NCBI GenBank assembly: GCA_045636365.1
Contig: JAZTXG010000013.1
Coordinates: forward strand, 212,066-276,065
Direction of reading: 5' to 3'
Length of the DNA stretch: 64,000 bases
From: Eubacteriales bacterium
Lineage (GTDB): Bacteria > Bacillota > Clostridia > Oscillospirales > QAKW01
A program made the position numbers and the translations under genes. Shown here piece after piece: positions 40,528-48,988 of this stretch (its first letter is position 1; every line of letters begins with the position of its first letter). The notes beneath the pieces were generated by a model that saw only the letters and a program-made list of their open reading frames with translations, was not told the DNA's origin and made no database searches.

Positions 40528-42578
40528 ATCAACTCACCTGCCTTCTCTTTGTATTTTTTTAAAATCAAGGAATCCCCAAGATCAACTTTAATTTGAGAAT
40601 TCAACTGCAGCTTTTTAATATTTCGGCCTTCTTTTTCAAATTTCAGAACACCGAGTTCTTCCAAAGCCATTAACGATAAGTATACGGCGCCGTTGGATAT
40701 TTCGATTTGTTGCTTCCGAGAAATACGCGCCGGCAGCGTGGTTATATCAAAGGAACAACTACCGGAAGATACCGCTTTTTGCAAATATCGATATACCGCC
40801 GCTGTATGATCACGCAAAGGGATATCCTTTTCATTCGCATTCATTTCATTTATTCGTTCGATATCGCGCCATACAGCGTTAGAATTATTTAAGGTATTAC
40901 GAATGTCCCTCACTGTAAGTTGGACACTTCTGCGCCCATTATATACATTGATATCCGCCTCAAAAACGACATCGACGGTTTCTCCGGCTGTATATAAAAA
41001 GTCAGCCAAAGAGACATTGAAATAAAACGCTGTCACCTTCAAATGATCGCAAAGAAAGGTTATCCGCATATGATTTCCGTTTGCAGTCGGAACCGCCTCC
41101 AGAATACGAACATTCCTCATGCAAAAGATCGGCGATTCATTTTCCCGTCCAAAGGGAGCCAACTTCTGTAAAGAACCAATATTTTCAACCGAAAGATCCT
41201 GGGGGAACAACGAACAATCAATTTCAATGCTGTTATCAAACTCGTTCTCTTCCAAAAACAGATCAACTTGCCTGCAAAGAGCATCGCGAAATTCATTCAA
41301 ATGATCCATCGAAACCAAAACACCCGAAGCATAAGCATGTCCGCCAAATTTCAGGGTATGCTCTTTAATACGTTCAAGCGCATTAAATAAATTAAAGGGC
41401 TTGACGCTTCTTCCGGAACCTTTGGCATGATCTTCGCTCAACGAAAACAGAATACACGGCCGATTATACCGCTCCTTCAGGCGGGATGCCACAATTCCGA
41501 CCACGCCGTTATGCCACCCGTCTTTCCATAGCACGATAGCGTTGCGTTTTTGCTCCGATTCATCTTCCTCAATCATAGCGATTGCATCTTCGAGAATGCG
41601 ATTTTCAATCCCTTGCCTGCGATTATTCTCTCGGCAAAGTTCTTCAACCAGTTGTTCTGCGCGTTGCTCATCGTCTGTCGTCAGTAACTCAACACCGATG
41701 GAAGCATTCCCCATTCTGCCGGCCGCGTTAATGCGCGGCGCCAACACATAGCTTACCGCAGATGCATCCAGCAACCGATCGCCCATACAACGATCAATCA
41801 ATTTTTTCAAACCGATATTTTCGGTATTTTGAAGGTACTCCAATCCTTTTTGAACAATGTAGCGATTTTCGCCATGCATAGGCATGATATCGGCAATGGT
41901 TCCGATTGCTGCCAACGGAGTAAACCTATCGATATCCAAATGACTTCCGCCAAAGGAAGAAATCAGCGCAGAAATAAGCTTGAATACAACGCCCACTCCC
42001 GCCAAATGCTGGAATGGATATCCGCTTTGGGCATATTTGGGATTAATGACCAGTACCTGCGGAAGGTTTTCTTGACATTCATGATGATCTGTAATAATCA
42101 CATCAATGCCCATGCGCTTTGCTTCTTCCACTTCATCCACAGCCGTTATCCCGGTATCGACAGTGATGATCAGCTGCGTCCCCCGTTCGGCTATCGATTG
42201 AATTGCCGATGCGTTCACGCCATATCCGTCGGTAAACCGACTCGGGATGAAGAAATCCACTATACCGCCAAGTTCCTTTAAAACACCATACAATAGCGCC
42301 GTTGCTGTAATTCCGTCGACATCATAGTCGCCATAGACTGTAATTCGTTCGGAATTTCGAATCGCCTTTTTGATGCGTTCAACCGCTTGGTCCATCCCTT
42401 TAAAAAGAAACGGATCCAATAAATCCGAACGATTTGTATTTAAGAAAGCCCGAGCATCTTCAACAGTTAAAAAACCGCGATTGATCAGAATGCGAGCAAA
42501 GAAATGCGTACAATTCAATTCTCTGCACAATGTTTCCACTAATTGTTCATTTTGCTTTTTGATATTCCAACGACGCAT
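40518..42578 (-). CDS. recJ: Single-stranded-DNA-specific exonuclease RecJ
   Basis: DHH motifs (GDYDVDGIT, ITVDTG, ITDHHE) and DHHA1 GGHAYASG. Confidence 0.9.
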   Translation of the reverse strand: MRRWNIKKQNEQLVETLCRELNCTHFFARILINRGFLTVEDARAFLNTNRSDLLDPFLFKGMDQAVERIKKAIRNSERITVYGDYDVDGITATALLYGVLKELGGIVDFFIPSRFTDGYGVNASAIQSIAERGTQLIITVDTGITAVDEVEEAKRMGIDVIITDHHECQENLPQVLVINPKYAQSGYPFQHLAGVGVVFKLISALISSFGGSHLDIDRFTPLAAIGTIADIMPMHGENRYIVQKGLEYLQNTENIGLKKLIDRCMGDRLLDASAVSYVLAPRINAAGRMGNASIGVELLTTDDEQRAEQLVEELCRENNRRQGIENRILEDAIAMIEEDESEQKRNAIVLWKDGWHNGVVGIVASRLKERYNRPCILFSLSEDHAKGSGRSVKPFNLFNALERIKEHTLKFGGHAYASGVLVSMDHLNEFRDALCRQVDLFLEENEFDNSIEIDCSLFPQDLSVENIGSLQKLAPFGRENESPIFCMRNVRILEAVPTANGNHMRITFLCDHLKVTAFYFNVSLADFLYTAGETVDVVFEADINVYNGRRSVQLTVRDIRNTLNNSNAVWRDIERINEMNANEKDIPLRDHTAAVYRYLQKAVSSGSCSFDITTLPARISRKQQIEISNGAVYLSLMALEELGVLKFEKEGRNIKKLQLNSQIKVDLGDSLILKKYKEKAGELMCV

Positions 42579-42610
42579 TCTGATCTCCTTTCTTTTATAA
42601 ATAATAATTT

Positions 42611-42639
42611 ATTATAGCACTATATTATTAAAATAGCAA
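42611..42639 (-). promoter_or_regulatory. Sigma-70-type promoter for recJ-relA-dtd
   Basis: Minus strand TTGCTA-17 nt-TATAAT, 26 nt upstream of a GGAG RBS/ATG. Confidence 0.6.
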
Positions 42640-42651
42640 TAATAATATAAA

Positions 42652-42872
42652 AAAACGCGCTTAGGGCCACCCTTCGCAAGGAAATATGCGCCTTAAATTT
42701 CAAAAATTTAAGGTACAAAGTAGTTTTGAGATACAGATTTTTTGTTCAGGCGCAATAACAAAACTCCCGCAATGCTAACGCATTACGGGAGTTTTTTATT
42801 GTGTTTGAGCGGAAAAGATGCTCTCAAAACCGCTTCTTCCTTGCGAAGGGTGGTCCTTCTGAAGCGCGTTTT
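42652..42872. ncRNA. Highly structured 221-nt intergenic element: candidate 6S-like RNA, or MITE-like palindromic element / nested terminators (strand unresolved)
   Basis: 30-bp imperfect closing helix (42652-42683 vs 42837-42872), 10-bp hairpin 42691-42713, 9-bp helix 42723-42731/42822-42830, about 18x17-nt bubble, 21-bp apical hairpin 42753-42801. Confidence 0.35.
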
Positions 42873-42875
42873 ATT

Positions 42876-44396
42876 TCATTTAGAGATCAGCAACAGTTTT
42901 TTCTCTTCAAGAACATCCTCGTCCAAGCCATTGATTTCTTTAATATTTGTCATCGACGTCGAATAATGGCGAGCAATATCCCAAATCCGCTCTCCCTTTT
43001 CCCCAAAATAAACCACGACATTAGAGGAAGGCGCGACTTCCAGCGGATGATCATAGTCGACCGCCAAATCCTTAATTACATTACTGCTTTCTCTCGTAAA
43101 AATCGAAAACTGGCATTGAATATCCGCCTTAATTTCAGTATTTTTTTCGCTTGAAATATAATCTAAACCAAGCAAACACGGGCAAACCTCGCATCGCATA
43201 TGGTCTCCGACCCGATGAAGCTCTTTGGATATTGTAAAGGGAAATGACTTGTCAGCACTTCTATATGTATCACCTTCGTGAATAAACATAGAAACATCCA
43301 AAACCCCTTCTAATGTCAGCGTTTTTCCTTGCGCTGACACCTTTCTTATAATCGGCGAGCCAATCATTTGAATGATATGAGCATCTTCCCCTTCCATACC
43401 GATTTCAAATCGAACAGTTTCGACACATTCGCTCTGCTCAACCATCGATTCAAAGGTGATATCTCCATACTTTGGTTCAATCGGATACTTGGTTGAATAG
43501 GCATCTGTCAAAAAAAGATGCTTTTTCTCGGCAAATACCTCTCCTTCCGCAAGCAATGTCGCTGATACAGAAATAATCTTATTCTTTCCGTCTGCATCTG
43601 TTTCAACATCGTTTCGGATATTTTGAATCGAGCAAATTGCCTCCATCATCGCATCTTCGTCAGATGAGTTAAATTCAATTAATTGTGTATACGGAATGGC
43701 TGTTGAGGTTTGTTCGACTCTGCAAGGATCTTCCTCGGGCGTAAAAAGAACATATAAATTCAAAACACCTTTCAGCATCGCTTTGTTCCCCATCATTTTA
43801 ATGTCTTTGATACAAACCGTACCATCGGTTCTCAAAATATCCTGTATTTCTGTATGTGTCTCAATTTCGCCCTGAACTTTTGTTGTTTCAGAAATATGTT
43901 CCAATATCGTATGAACATTTTTTTCGCAAAACAATGCTTCCACTTGGCAATCATCCATTGCCTCAATGATTTCTGCATTACACTGGTCTTTCACCTTCAA
44001 CGCGATTGAAATAAACGCCCGAGCGTTTACCTTTCGCGAGTTCAACAATCTGCACGACACCCCGGAAACACGCGCTATTGTTTGAACCCAACTATCTTGT
44101 GTTGAATCCTTCACTGTAACGCTTTCGCTGAAGTTTACCGACTCAGAGAGCACCTTGATTCCCGCCTCATCCTCGCCTTGATAAATGACAACAAACTTGC
44201 AAATTCCCTCCAGCAATAAACGATCCCCTTCAAATTCTTTCTTCAGAATCACCGGAGTTGCGCTGCATTGAATGATTTTTTCCGCCGCCGAAAAATAATC
44301 CGGTATCAAAAGATCGCATTCACATTTTTCTTCAATAAAATCCTCATGCAACGTCTTTGTCACTGCAACGGTTGATTGTCTTTGCGTACATTCCAT
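42876..44396 (-). CDS. DUF3794-like protein with C-terminal LysM domain (SipL/SpoVID-like sporulation protein)
   Basis: 506 aa; C-terminal VVVYFGEKGERIWDIARHYSTSMTNIKEINGL LysM; architecture as in C. difficile SipL. Confidence 0.55.
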   Translation of the reverse strand: MECTQRQSTVAVTKTLHEDFIEEKCECDLLIPDYFSAAEKIIQCSATPVILKKEFEGDRLLLEGICKFVVIYQGEDEAGIKVLSESVNFSESVTVKDSTQDSWVQTIARVSGVSCRLLNSRKVNARAFISIALKVKDQCNAEIIEAMDDCQVEALFCEKNVHTILEHISETTKVQGEIETHTEIQDILRTDGTVCIKDIKMMGNKAMLKGVLNLYVLFTPEEDPCRVEQTSTAIPYTQLIEFNSSDEDAMMEAICSIQNIRNDVETDADGKNKIISVSATLLAEGEVFAEKKHLFLTDAYSTKYPIEPKYGDITFESMVEQSECVETVRFEIGMEGEDAHIIQMIGSPIIRKVSAQGKTLTLEGVLDVSMFIHEGDTYRSADKSFPFTISKELHRVGDHMRCEVCPCLLGLDYISSEKNTEIKADIQCQFSIFTRESSNVIKDLAVDYDHPLEVAPSSNVVVYFGEKGERIWDIARHYSTSMTNIKEINGLDEDVLEEKKLLLISK

Positions 44397-44457
44397 AGTC
44401 CACGGCTCCTTTGTTTTTTATATTATCTATGCAAAAAAACAAGCCGATATGTTCATT

Positions 44458-44532
44458 TTAACGATTCACTTTGAAAAGCTTCATCAAAATTCCGCGCAAA
44501 CCCTTCGGTGCCTTAAAGACGATGACTTTCAT
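44458..44532 (-). CDS. spoVM: SpoVM-like sporulation peptide (24 aa; below the ORF-track cutoff)
   Basis: Hand translation MKVIVFKAPKGLRGILMKLFKVNR*; aligns with B. subtilis SpoVM MKFYTIKLPKFLGGIVRAMLGSFRKD at K2, K7, P9, K10, L12, G14, I15; AAGGAG RBS 8 nt upstream. Confidence 0.6.
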   Translation of the reverse strand: MKVIVFKAPKGLRGILMKLFKVNR

Positions 44533-44544
44533 AAACAATACTCC

Positions 44545-44700
44545 TTATGTAAATTTTGCAACTGCTATCCCCATAATAATTACTAAGACACAGCAAATTG
44601 CAATGATTAAAATATCCGGCAAAAATATTTGAATCAAAATCCCCAAAGCAATCGAGGCCGCAATAACACACAACATTTTGCAAAAATGGTTTTTCTTCAT
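44545..44700 (-). CDS. Small two-TM membrane peptide (51 aa)
   Basis: MKKNHFCKMLCVIAASIALGILIQIFLPDILIIAICCVLVIIMGIAVAKFT*; GGAGGTG RBS 6 nt upstream; replaces the implausible other-frame 64-aa ORF 44513..44707. Confidence 0.45.
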   Translation of the reverse strand: MKKNHFCKMLCVIAASIALGILIQIFLPDILIIAICCVLVIIMGIAVAKFT

Positions 44701-44727
44701 CATTCACCTCCGCCGGATTATTTCAAT

Positions 44728-45117
44728 CTATTCTATGCGAAATTCAAACGGTTGGTACCAATGATAGATAAAGGTTGAATACAACAAATTGATTCGCGAC
44801 TGAATTTCTGTCGCCGTTGCCTCAATTTCATTTTCATCTTTCTCATTGATATAGGCATTCAATTTGTGCATCATCGTTTCAATTTCTTCAATTCGGTCCG
44901 TCGGAACAAATCGGTGCGCTAAAAATTCTTTGCTTTGATAGTAATCATCCAGTTCTTTTGCCCGTTGCTTCTGCAAATCGATGTTTTCTGTCTCAATAAT
45001 CAATTGCAATCGTTTGGTCATTCCATCGGTAAAAGTGGTCATAAAAACCAAATCTGTGCCAATTATAAACAAAAGAAAGGAAATAATCACCGCTAATGAT
45101 ATAAACGTTCTTTTCAT
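44728..45117 (-). CDS. DUF4363-like membrane-anchored protein
   Basis: 129 aa, N-terminal TM, helical remainder; usual partner directly downstream of DUF421 genes in Clostridia. Confidence 0.45.
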   Translation of the reverse strand: MKRTFISLAVIISFLLFIIGTDLVFMTTFTDGMTKRLQLIIETENIDLQKQRAKELDDYYQSKEFLAHRFVPTDRIEEIETMMHKLNAYINEKDENEIEATATEIQSRINLLYSTFIYHWYQPFEFRIE

Positions 45118-45119
45118 TT

Positions 45120-45821
45120 TTATCCTTTGTTTGAATCTTTTTTAATCAAATTTGTCTTTCCTTGGTCATCAATTGTCAGAACAAATACATCCTCTTTTTT
45201 TATTTGATACCCGTTCAAAATTGAATTCAAAGTCTCATTGTCCACATTTTTAAGTTTCATATTTTCTCGCATCGGTTTTCCGTCCATAATAATGATTGCA
45301 GGAATCCCTCCCGATTCAGAAACAGAGACTTTTAAATCCCTTGCTGTCGGCGGGGATATTTCAGGTTTTGGAATAATGGAAAGGGTTCCGTTTGTTTCCA
45401 AAACGGCCATTTGAATATCTTCTATTGCCAAAATACCATTATTACGCATTGCCTCCATTATATCTTCGACCGACACACGCGTTCTGAGCAAATTATATTG
45501 ATCCAGTTTTCCCTGGTAAATTAATATCACCGGCCGTCCATAGCAAATCGCACGAAATCGCATTGACTTCATGGTAAAAAAGGACATCAGTAATTCTAAA
45601 GCGACCATTAAAAACATCGGGACAATTCCCCATATTAAAGGAATATTCAGATCTTGGAGAGGCAGCGCAGCAAACTCCGATAACATAATAGTCACCACAA
45701 GCTCAGACGGTTGCAATTCACCAAGCTGACGCTTTCCCATAATCCGTACCGATACCACAACAGCAATATATAAAATAATGCACCGAAAAACATTAATCAA
45801 CACGACCTTTTCACCTCGCAC
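45120..45821 (-). CDS. DUF421 (YetF/YrbG-family) membrane protein
   Basis: RIMGKRQLGELQPSELVVTIMLSEFAA core typical of DUF421. Confidence 0.7.
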   Translation of the reverse strand: MRGEKVVLINVFRCIILYIAVVVSVRIMGKRQLGELQPSELVVTIMLSEFAALPLQDLNIPLIWGIVPMFLMVALELLMSFFTMKSMRFRAICYGRPVILIYQGKLDQYNLLRTRVSVEDIMEAMRNNGILAIEDIQMAVLETNGTLSIIPKPEISPPTARDLKVSVSESGGIPAIIIMDGKPMRENMKLKNVDNETLNSILNGYQIKKEDVFVLTIDDQGKTNLIKKDSNKG

Positions 45822-45852
45822 ATTATTTTAAATAAAAACGCAAATAATATGC

Positions 45853-45887
45853 AAAAAGACCGTTGCAATCCGCAACGGTCTTTTTTC
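45853..45887 (-). terminator. Rho-independent terminator after the VanY-like gene
   Basis: gaccgttgc-aatcc-gcaacggtc stem with flanking A5/T6 runs. Confidence 0.75.
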
Positions 45888-46832
45888 TTAAAATTGTTTC
45901 AAACGATTCTCAAGCTCATCAACATATTCTTCAAATGTGATATCTCTCTTATAAATTTCTGTAGCGATATCCACGCCGACAAAACGATAATGCCAAGGTT
46001 CAAAGTTATATCCTGTGATATCTTCGTCGCCTTTTCTGTATCTTAAAATAAAGCCATATTTATGAGCGTTCGCAGAAAACCATTTGTATTCGTCGGTATA
46101 TTCATAGTTTTCATGTAAGCAAGCATATTTATTAACAATAGACGGGATGCAGACATCAGCCGCCAAGCCGGTATGATGTTCGCTCGCGCCCGGTGGTGCA
46201 TGGTATTGATTGGTCAACCGAAGCGCTTCCTCTTCCGAATATCCACTGTTTTTATAATAATTAATCTTATTGTAATAATTATTGTATTGATGTGAATAAC
46301 TGCGATATCCCGAGTACAAAACATAATTGTAGCCCGCATCTTTTCCGGCCGCAATCAACTGATTCAAGGCGGAAAATGTCACTTTATTCAACCGATGATC
46401 GCCCTGTGAAACCAAGTCTATTCCTTTATAATCATCAGGCAGTCTGTGATCGCGATTAACAAGAACCATAAATTTATTATTTAGGATCGTAGTTGCTTCA
46501 TCCTTTGTCAAGGTTGCAACATTGGCGTTCCCTTTATAAACCTCAGGGTCATCAATCTCAATCGGATCAAGGTCCGGCTTCGGTTCGGGTTTGGGCTCGG
46601 GTTCCGGTTCAGGTTCGGGTTCCGGTTCGGGTTCAGGATCCGGTTTCGGTTCCGGTTCGGGGTCCGTTTCGGAATCGTTATTCTCCGCCGAATCATTGGG
46701 CGGATCCATCTGCGAGCCTTGATCCTCTTTCGGCGGTGTTTTATCATCCAATAAGCTCCAAACCAGCCCGGACGAAAGGACAACAACACACAAAATTGCA
46801 ATTATTATTGCTACAATACTTTTACTTTTCAT
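45888..46832 (-). CDS. M15B (VanY-type) D-alanyl-D-alanine carboxypeptidase, membrane anchored with Pro/Glu-rich linker
   Basis: SGYRSYSHQ, SEHHTGLAADV, EPWHYRFVG zinc-peptidase motifs; N-terminal TM. Confidence 0.75.
   Translation of the reverse strand: MKSKSIVAIIIAILCVVVLSSGLVWSLLDDKTPPKEDQGSQMDPPNDSAENNDSETDPEPEPKPDPEPEPEPEPEPEPEPKPEPKPDLDPIEIDDPEVYKGNANVATLTKDEATTILNNKFMVLVNRDHRLPDDYKGIDLVSQGDHRLNKVTFSALNQLIAAGKDAGYNYVLYSGYRSYSHQYNNYYNKINYYKNSGYSEEEALRLTNQYHAPPGASEHHTGLAADVCIPSIVNKYACLHENYEYTDEYKWFSANAHKYGFILRYRKGDEDITGYNFEPWHYRFVGVDIATEIYKRDITFEEYVDELENRLKQF
46572..46664 (-). repeat. Hexanucleotide-periodic tandem repeat encoding a (PE/PK/PD)n linker
   Basis: ggttc(g/c/a) units; translates DPEPEPKPDPEPEPEPEPEPEPEPKPEPKPD inside the VanY-like gene. 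Confidence 0.85.
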
Positions 46833-46868
46833 TTTCTACATCCTCCATAAATAACGAAAGGCTTAATT

Positions 46869-47501
46869 ATGAAAAAAAGAACTAATTACTTTAAAATCAA
46901 ATGGGGTTCATTTTTATTGACATTTATCTTGCTCGGCCTCGGCATAATAGCCGCGCTCCTCTTATCGCCTAAAGATACCGTTACCAAGGAACCCGAACTA
47001 AATGTGCAAGAACCATTAAATGTACAGTCCGGATTCTATACAAATGAAGACTTTGCTCAATTAATGGAAGCCAATCTTTCCGAATTGGGTTTTATTAACG
47101 AAATGACTTTTGAAGGAACGGACGAAGGACGGTTTATCATCAGTGGCACCCTATGTGACCCTTCGCGATTATCCGCTCTTTGCCCTGAGCTTTCGGCCCT
47201 TTCCCCTATATTAAACACCCTTAAAAATAAAAGAGTATCCATTCAAGGGCATCTTGGAGAAAACGAAGCGGGATATGGAAAATTTATATCCGACACAATT
47301 AGTTTTTCCGGCTATACTATCCCCGCAGGTGTTGCCACAGAGTATATCGAAGAATATACCGGATTAAACGATCTATTGGAAGTTCCGATGAACGAAATCG
47401 AATTAAACCATCTCGGCATAAAATTCAAAGCCGAGATTCCCGCCGCTATTCAAATTGCTTCGTATATTCCAGAGGATTCTTCTCTTTCGGAAGAAGATTA
47501 A
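46869..47501 (+). CDS. Hypothetical membrane-anchored protein (210 aa)
   Basis: N-terminal TM (WGSFLLTFILLGLGIIAALLL); no recognised domain; 3' end overlaps the convergent gene by 56 nt. Confidence 0.45.
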   Translation: MKKRTNYFKIKWGSFLLTFILLGLGIIAALLLSPKDTVTKEPELNVQEPLNVQSGFYTNEDFAQLMEANLSELGFINEMTFEGTDEGRFIISGTLCDPSRLSALCPELSALSPILNTLKNKRVSIQGHLGENEAGYGKFISDTISFSGYTIPAGVATEYIEEYTGLNDLLEVPMNEIELNHLGIKFKAEIPAAIQIASYIPEDSSLSEED

Positions 47502-48237
47502 CAAGCAATATTGCTAATCCAACAACGACTGCGCTAATAATACTGAGTTTCCAATAGGAATTCATATCAATATAAGGGATGGGCAAAATCATCGCCGTTT
47601 CAAGCAATGCAAACGCAATCGGGAATAAAATAAAATAAACCCATTTATAAAGTTTTTCGCTTATTTTTTTATAGAACCAGCTTTCAATCAATGTAAAAGC
47701 CGCATAGAAAACCAAGGCGATCATCGCATAAAATGCGCCGGACGCTTTGGGAAGAAGCAAGTTGATTATAGTATTATCTTCAAAGATAAAATACCCTTCC
47801 GCATTCCAAACCGCAGGCCCGTTGAAAAGCCCATTATATGCAATAACAAAGAAGAACAACAATAAATAAATCGCGATAAACAATGCAGGCGCCGTTCCAA
47901 AGCCAAGCGTAAAAGACAAGCCCTGCTCGCTATATTCTTTGTTGAAGAATGCCACTTTCATTAACAGGCAACGAACGATGGACAGGATAAACACATAAGA
48001 AAATCCGATTCCCAACACATAAGTCTTGGTGAAAAAATATTGATCGCTGTTTGCATTAAATGTACTAAAAAACAAAACAAATAAAACAACGAAGTATAAA
48101 ACCGCAAGGATTATACCCAGGAAAACAAAAGGGAGCCGAAGTTTAACATTGCGTTTTTTGAAAAATCCTACAAGACCAACGGCACCGATCGCAAAAAGAA
48201 CGACCGACAGAAGATAGAAAATCAAAACATTAAGCAT
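47446..48237 (-). CDS. Polytopic membrane protein (paralog B)
   Basis: 263 aa, about 7 TM; shares FFKKR... and EQGLSFTLGFG blocks with the upstream paralog. Confidence 0.5.
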   Translation of the reverse strand: MLNVLIFYLLSVVLFAIGAVGLVGFFKKRNVKLRLPFVFLGIILAVLYFVVLFVLFFSTFNANSDQYFFTKTYVLGIGFSYVFILSIVRCLLMKVAFFNKEYSEQGLSFTLGFGTAPALFIAIYLLLFFFVIAYNGLFNGPAVWNAEGYFIFEDNTIINLLLPKASGAFYAMIALVFYAAFTLIESWFYKKISEKLYKWVYFILFPIAFALLETAMILPIPYIDMNSYWKLSIISAVVVGLAILLVNLLPKEKNPLEYTKQFE

Positions 48238-48988
48238 TTTTCTCCCCCTCTTTCTCCGGGCGCCGAGACCGAATATAATAGGTGGCCGCTACATTAAACG
48301 CCAAAACCAAGGCAACCGCGATATATGCAACATAGGCGTTTGCAAAAAGCAACATCACTGCCAAAATCAGATAATAAGAAAGGGCTGTGGCGCTGCCGGT
48401 CTGCCAGTTCCCCTCGCAGGTCAAGGAATAACACAAATTGGAATTCAAAAGATATATCACTCCGCTAATAATCATCAAAATGCCAAAGACCAGCATTTGC
48501 AATGTATCGACTTCGCCTGCATAAATCAAACCGACGATCAAAAGGTTTTGTGCAAGAATAAAACCGCAACCAAATGTCAAACCGGCATGCTCTGCTTTTT
48601 CGGTTTTAATGACACTGCGAAAACTAAATTGTTTTAACGCCTCGGAAGAACCATAAAAAAGCAGTAAAACAATAATTCCAAATGTGTAAATATAGGAATT
48701 TGCATTTGAAGCCTGCGAAGCGCTGATCACAGGCATAAAAAACTGCGCCAATGTCAACAGCAGAACCGCAACGATCGCAAGGGATGCAAAAAACGTCGCC
48801 ATTCCATAGAGAACCACTTTAAATGCCGTGGCTTTTCTCTTTTTAGAAAAGAACAACACACCCAGTGTGAGCAACGGAATTAGACCACCCATAAGAATGG
48901 AAGGCCATGCGTTGATTAGATTTTTCAAAAATACTGTTACCGAACCCATACAATCATTCCTTATTATCAAATTTTTCTGCTGCAGCAA
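48230..48988 (-). CDS. Polytopic membrane protein (paralog A)
   Basis: 252 aa, about 7 TM; FFSKKRK and [11 protein letters not shown] blocks; 8-nt overlap with paralog B; start could be M14 (48949). Confidence 0.5.
   Translation of the reverse strand: MLQQKNLIIRNDCMGSVTVFLKNLINAWPSILMGGLIPLLTLGVLFFSKKRKATAFKVVLYGMATFFASLAIVAVLLLTLAQFFMPVISASQASNANSYIYTFGIIVLLLFYGSSEALKQFSFRSVIKTEKAEHAGLTFGCGFILAQNLLIVGLIYAGEVDTLQMLVFGILMIISGVIYLLNSNLCYSLTCEGNWQTGSATALSYYLILAVMLLFANAYVAYIAVALVLAFNVAATYYIRSRRPEKEGEKNA

Noticed and set aside
42742-43154. Plus-strand ORFs 42742..42966 and 42801..43154 crossing the structured element into the LysM gene
   Set aside because: They run through terminator-like hairpins and antisense into a conserved LysM domain. 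They have no RBS.
44513-44707. Listed 64-aa ORF (GTG start, MNDEEKPF...)
   Set aside because: Its composition is Cys/Tyr-rich and not protein-like. The overlapping frame gives a clean two-TM 51-aa peptide with a well-spaced GGAGGTG RBS, followed by a SpoVM-like ORF. The alternative frame is preferred.
46572-46664. Short-period repeat, considered as a possible CRISPR or intergenic tandem array
   Set aside because: The period is 6 nt with no spacers, and it sits in-frame inside a coding sequence (a PE/PK linker). It is not a CRISPR array.
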